Source: Octopus sinensis
Taxonomy: Eukaryota
DNA: 64,000 nt
Assembly (NCBI RefSeq): GCF_006345805.1
Contig: NC_043000.1
Span: 25,048,001 to 25,112,000 of the forward strand
Direction of reading: 5' to 3'
Position numbers and translations under genes: made by a program. The stretch's first letter is position 1, and the number at the start of each line of letters is the position of its first letter. Of this stretch, positions 58,246 through 64,000 are shown piece after piece. The notes beneath the pieces are model-generated. The model ran no database searches. It worked only from the letters and a program-made list of their open reading frames with translations, and had not been told where the DNA came from.

Positions 58246-58569
58246 GTAAGTAAATTAAGTTTGAGGCAAAAAAATGCGAGGAAGATGAGTGGGACAAATG
58301 AAAAGGGTGAAATTATATAAGGGTACAATATTTGATGATAGCCATGATAATAAAGGTATTAGACATAAGTAATGATAGAGGTGGCTGACTGATTAGTGTA
58401 AATAAAGGGGGATTGATGGCAGATGTAGTAATGCTGTTGAAAGGATTAGGTCCTAAAGCCAGTCATGGTTATTTTGTTGTTAGCATCCCTTTGTCTTGGA
58501 AGACAATGGAGTTGTGCATAAACTAATCCAGTCTGGTTTTTACATTTCATATCCTCTCTAGTTTCTTCT

Positions 58570-58770
58570 CCAGTTTTGCGCAGGCCTGGGCTAGATGTAA
58601 GAAAATCCTGGGTATCCCAATCATCAGGATTCCTCTCTCTCGACCTTGCTGACGTAGTCCAAAGGAGTGCAGAGCATTATGTTTGGCACCAGCTTGGTTG
58701 CATGAGCTGCCAGAAGAGTGTCAAGTTGAACACTAAACCGCCTACGGGGCTCCACTCCGAATTTCTTTGA
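58570..58770 (+). mobile_element. RTE 5' UTR-like fragment
   Basis: gctgacgtagtccaaagg..gtttggcaccagcttgg..aaccgcctacggggctccactccg resembles recalled RTE 5' UTR motifs. Confidence 0.45.
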
Positions 58771-58959
58771 ATATTTATGGTATCTGTGTTTACTGGGGAA
58801 GTGCTTTCTTATAAGAGAGAAAAATCATCAGATGATATTGGGATACATTGATGCTGTAGGGTGGGTTAATTCATATTACTTTTCTGGTTCCATAATTTCC
58901 AATCACAACTTTCTTGATGATCAGGTGAAACTCAGAGCAGCAAGAGACTGACTCAACAA

Positions 58960-59350
58960 AAGTAAAATATTATATATATAATCAGGTTGTACAGGAAGTT
59001 GTTAAATCCACTGACTGGTATAGCAGCATTATAGCTAATTGTTACAAGGGTGAAAGACATGCCTTAGATAAAAATAATTAGATTCATATTAAATTACTGG
59101 ACTATGTCATGAAAGTTAAAGAAAGAGTTATAGACTAATTAATGAGAGAACAGATCAGATTAGATGACTACTGATGGCTTTTGTCTAAGACAATAGAAGT
59201 ATTTAGTTAAAAGAAAGCCATTATATTGGGTATTTGTCAATCTGGAGAAAGCCTTCAACACAGTCCCTTGTTCTGTGATCTGAGGAAGCTAGGAATAGAT
59301 GATGGCTTGCGAGAGCTGGACAAGATATGTACAGAGTTAACAATAAGTAT
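58960..59350 (+). pseudogene. Old RTE RT N-terminal fragment
   Basis: CYKGERHALDKNN*..KLLDYVMKVKERV..KPLYWVFVNLEKAFNTVP..RKLGIDD, homologous to the 16.3-16.1 kb segment. Confidence 0.75.
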
Positions 59351-59829
59351 AGCAACAAATGTAGTGTACATTGTACTGCTGCTTTCCTCCTTTCTTGTGC
59401 AGCCATCTCTCAGCCCCTCCTTTCTAGGTCACTCCAATTTTTTCACTCTCCTCCCTATACTGACCCTTAACACCGACCACACTTCCACCCGTGTTCATCA
59501 TTCACTACATTCACCTCAAACCTATCTGTCACTCTCCTCTCATACTCTAATGAACTTTTCTACCCACCCTTCTTGATTCTTGGTCTATATTCTCTTCTAA
59601 ACCCTCCTTCTTGTATCTTGAAAGTACCCTCTAATATTTTGTCACTCCCCTCATTGATGTATTTCCAGCCACTTCCACCCACCCTTGTTTGATGCAGGGT
59701 AGCCATGTATCTCCTCAGTTGCAAGACTCCTGTGCCTGTCCAGCTCAACCCCTGGCATAAAACCACCTCCCTCTCAGCTGCAACCCCATTCACTAGTACT
59801 GGTGTCATAAAAAACAACACCCAGTACAC

Positions 59830-60630
59830 TTTGCAAAGTGGTTGATGTCAGGAAAGGAGTCCAAGCCATAGAAATTTTGCCAAATTGGGCACTGGAGTTC
59901 ATTGAAGCCCACTGGCTTATTGGATCCTGTCAAACCATCCAAACCATTCCAGCATGGAACACGGATGTTAAATCATCATCGTTGTTTAACATCCGCTTTC
60001 CATACTGGCATGGATTGGACAGTTTGACTGAAAACTGGCAAGCCAGGAGGCTGCAGCAGGTTCCAATCTGATCTGGCAGTGTTTCTACAGCTGGATGCCC
60101 TTCTTAATGCCAACCAGTCTGAGATTGTAGTGGGTGCTTTTTACATGCCACCAGCAATGGTGCCATTGATCTGACACTGGTATTATCCCCGACTATGGTC
60201 CCACTTGGCTTGACAGGTCAACACCAGCACAGTATATCACCAAGGGTCTTGGTCACTTGTCACTGCCTCCATGAGGCCCAACACTTGAATGGTGCTTGAA
60301 GGGTAATTTTAAATGATGTGGCACATGAAAAAAGAACATTCGAGCGAGGCCGTTGCAAGTGCCGCTGGACTGGCTCCTGTGCAGGTGGCATGTAAAAAAC
60401 ACCATTTGAGCCTGGCTGTTCCCACAACCACCAGACTGGCCCTCATGCCGGTGGTACGAATAAGCACCCACTACACTCTCAGAGTGGTTGGCATTAGGAA
60501 GGGCATCCAGCTGTAGAAACTCTGCTAGATCAAGATTGGTTCCTGGGGCAGCCATCTGGCTCATCAATATTCAGTCAAATCGTCCAACCCATGCTAGTAT
60601 GGAAAGCGGACGTTAAACGATGATGATGAT
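59830..60630. mobile_element. Three RTE 3' UTR fragments in alternating orientation (+ 59830-59970; - 59970-60290; + 60310-60630)
   Basis: Family matches. Confidence 0.8.
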
Positions 60631-60654
60631 AATTCAAATGATATGAGTATACAA

Positions 60655-60810
60655 AAGGCTTCTTTCAGTTTTCATCCACCTACCCCCTTCATAAGGCTTT
60701 GGTCGACTTGGAGCTGTAGTAGAAGACACTTGTCCAAGGTGTCACAAAGTGGGGCTGAACCCAAAACCATTTGGTTGGAAAGCAACAAACTGATAATTCA
60801 CTCGGCCATT
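60655..60810 (-). mobile_element. SINE A head, diverged
   Basis: Family match. Confidence 0.65.
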
Positions 60811-61114
60811 TTAGCATCAAAATGGAATATATTTTAATAATTATAGTATTTTACGCTCTTTTGATCTAAAATCTTTTGAAGAAATATAATTTAATTTTCA
60901 AATATTTTAATATTTTATTGTGTCTAGCTTTACGTTCTAGGGAATAAAAGTTCTTTCTGTATCTGATACCATGTCACTGTATGATAAATGAGAAAGAAGT
61001 TTTGAGATGTGATGGTGTGATAATAGCCGCATAAGGGGAGGTGTGGTGGGACGGGTGGTGGGGGTGGGGTGATGGAGAGGTGGGGGAAGGGGGGAGGACA
61101 TTATAGTACATGAG

Positions 61115-62110
<996 letters not shown>

Positions 62111-62463
62111 TCGGTGATGACAATGTTCCTTTTATTATTATCTTACCGGTAAAACATTATTTGTCATTGTTGTTCACATTTAGATTTCTTTCAGCTGATG
62201 TTGTTGTTGTTATTGTTGTTGTTGTTTTTACCATTGTACCATTGTCAATGCCGTTACAAACTGTTCTCACTGGTGTTAGTGTTACCATGGCTATCGTTCT
62301 CATTACGGCTACTCCAACTCCACTCGTAGTTATTCTTGTGTTTCTTCATGTTCTCAGGTGTCATTTTGAGACAATTCTTTTCCAACTGGATCATACTCTC
62401 ATCTAATTTCCAATTAATATTTTATTCCGTTCTTTATTCTTCTGCGAGAAGATTACATTTCAG

Positions 62464-62534
62464 CACTGTGAACAGTGAAACCACTCGCAAGTCAATGAGA
62501 CAGCATGCGATAGCCATGAGACAGCACCTAAATG
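62464..62534 (+). CDS. Candidate small internal exon (71 nt), unidentified gene
   Basis: Pyrimidine-rich stretch then tttcAG acceptor, GTAACT donor, and a single open frame TVNSETTRKSMRQHAIAMRQHLN. Confidence 0.2.
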
Positions 62535-62841
62535 GTAACTTGCACTGCTAAATGGTAGCTAAATATAACTCAGATCACATGCTATTGTTTATAAGAAGTC
62601 GAAAACATTGGATAATGTAGTCTGGAATCTACCATGCCTGGATACTAAAGAGGTCATAGGTATTGGTATGGCTGTTGGATAAGAAGTTAGCTCCTCAACC
62701 ACATAGTTCCGGGTTCAGTCTCACGGTGTAGCAGCTTGGGCAAGTGTCTTCTAACATAGCCTCAGGATGATAAAAAGCCTTCTGTGTGGATTTGGTGAAA
62801 GGAAACTGAAAGAAGCCCATCGTATATATATATATATATAT

Positions 62842-63143
62842 CACTGTGATAACTGTGACCGACCAGGCTATCAGATGTTGCTACACATCGCTGGTCACAA
62901 TGCGCTTCACATTGTTTTAGCCTTCAAATGACGCCACCCCGTTGGCTAAGTGAGCAGGCCAACAGAAGAAAGAGTGAGAGAAAGTTGTGGCGAAAGAGTA
63001 AAGCAGGGATCGCCACCACCCTCTGCCGGAGCCTCGTGGAGCTTTAGGTGGTTTTGCTCACTAAACACTCACAATTCCCGGTCTGGGAATCGAAACCGCG
63101 ATCCTACAACCGTGAGTCCGCTAACCACTGGGCCATTGCACCT
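62842..63143 (-). mobile_element. tRNA-SINE with head C and an alternative tail, nested in a split SINE A (62660-62830, 63195-63303)
   Basis: Head and centre match 18600-18785; the tail differs. Confidence 0.85.
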
Positions 63144-63329
63144 CCACACACACACATATATTATATATTCAAATATGAATTAGAAGTAGCATGATAAGTG
63201 TGTGTGTGTGTCTGTGTTTGTCTCTGGAAACCAGAGTTGGTGTGTTTACATCCCCGTAACTTAGCAGTTCGGCAATACAGACCAATAGAATAAGTACCAG
63301 CTGGTCTAGTTAAAGACTTGGATCATCTG

Positions 63330-63520
63330 TGCTTTGCATAAAGGCATCTTTCTGGGAGACACCCTGATTCCTTTTCTCTTTACAACCATTCCCTTAAACA
63401 AAATTCCAGACAAGGACCTCACCATCACAAAAGGGCGATCCTGGTTCCGTAGAAGTCTGAAACTCTTTGATGATGTTGAAAATATAGCTCTCGCAGCTCT
63501 CACAGCACTTCAAATGTGAA
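63330..63520 (+). pseudogene. Possible RT fragment of an RLE-type (R4/NeSL-like) non-LTR element
   Basis: HKGIFLGDTLIPFLFTTIPLNKI resembles the RRGIFQGDSLSPLLF motif. Confidence 0.4.
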
Positions 63521-63559
63521 GTCATATTTGAGAATACTGATATTGGCATCATGTAAAAA

Positions 63560-64000
63560 GAACCTGTGCAGGTGCCACATGAAAAGCATCCATGCAGGTG
63601 CCACATGAAATGCAACCATGCTGGTGCCACATGCAAAAGCATCCATGCTGGTGCCACATGAAAAGTATCCATACTGGTGCCACATGAAAAAGCATCTATG
63701 CTGGTGCCACATGAAAAGCATCCATATTGGTGCCACATGAAAAAAGTATCCATGCTGGTTCCACATGAAAAAGCATCCATGCTGGTTCCACATGAAAAAG
63801 CATCCATGCTGGTTCCACATGAAAAAATAATCATGCTGGTGCCACATGAAAATGCACCCATGCTATCATCACATGCAAAGTACCTGTACTCGTGACCCAT
63901 AACGTGCAATTGTGCCATGTAAAAAACACCCATGCTGGTTCCACATAGAAGGTACCCATGGTAGCATTATGTCAAATGTACCCATGCTGGTGTCACATAA
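63560..64000 (+). repeat. 26-28-bp minisatellite (CATGCTGGTGCCACATGAAAAGCATC), RTE-3'UTR-related
   Basis: The reverse complement shares the gtggcaccagca core with 4685-5030 and 58190-58245. Confidence 0.85.

Noticed and set aside
63394-63933. 179-aa FSCGTSMDA-repeat ORF
   Set aside because: It is a translation of the 26-28-bp minisatellite.

Overview
Eukaryotic, AT-rich, repeat-saturated genomic DNA. The SINE families, RTE LINEs with (ATG)n tails and dense (TA)n/(TATG)n/(CAT)n microsatellites suggest an octopus or related coleoid cephalopod; this is inferred from repeat content and not verified. No host protein-coding gene can be called with confidence, only three weak exon candidates (about 25.2, 52.4 and 62.5 kb). 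Almost all listed ORFs are translations of microsatellites, minisatellites or SINEs. Recognisable coding remnants are all transposon-derived: CR1, RTE (one 472-aa RT ORF with an inserted PHD-type finger), a Penelope-like GIY-YIG domain, mariner DD34D, a DD37D transposase, piggyBac and a possible RLE-type RT. The most striking observation is a short tRNA-headed (Pol III A/B box) element carrying a minimal type-I hammerhead ribozyme. It occurs at 24.4-24.7 kb and 43.2-43.7 kb, each time as a head-to-head inverted insertion in which the inverted arm has a ~30-nt longer 3' tail, which is the Penelope-like (PLE) integration signature. The same 5'-to-5' inverted topology recurs at 2.7-3.5, 7.7-8.0 and 27.5-28.3 kb, and a further hammerhead lies at 14.16 kb. 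Coordinates of degenerate repeats were read by eye and are approximate (about +/-10-20 bp).
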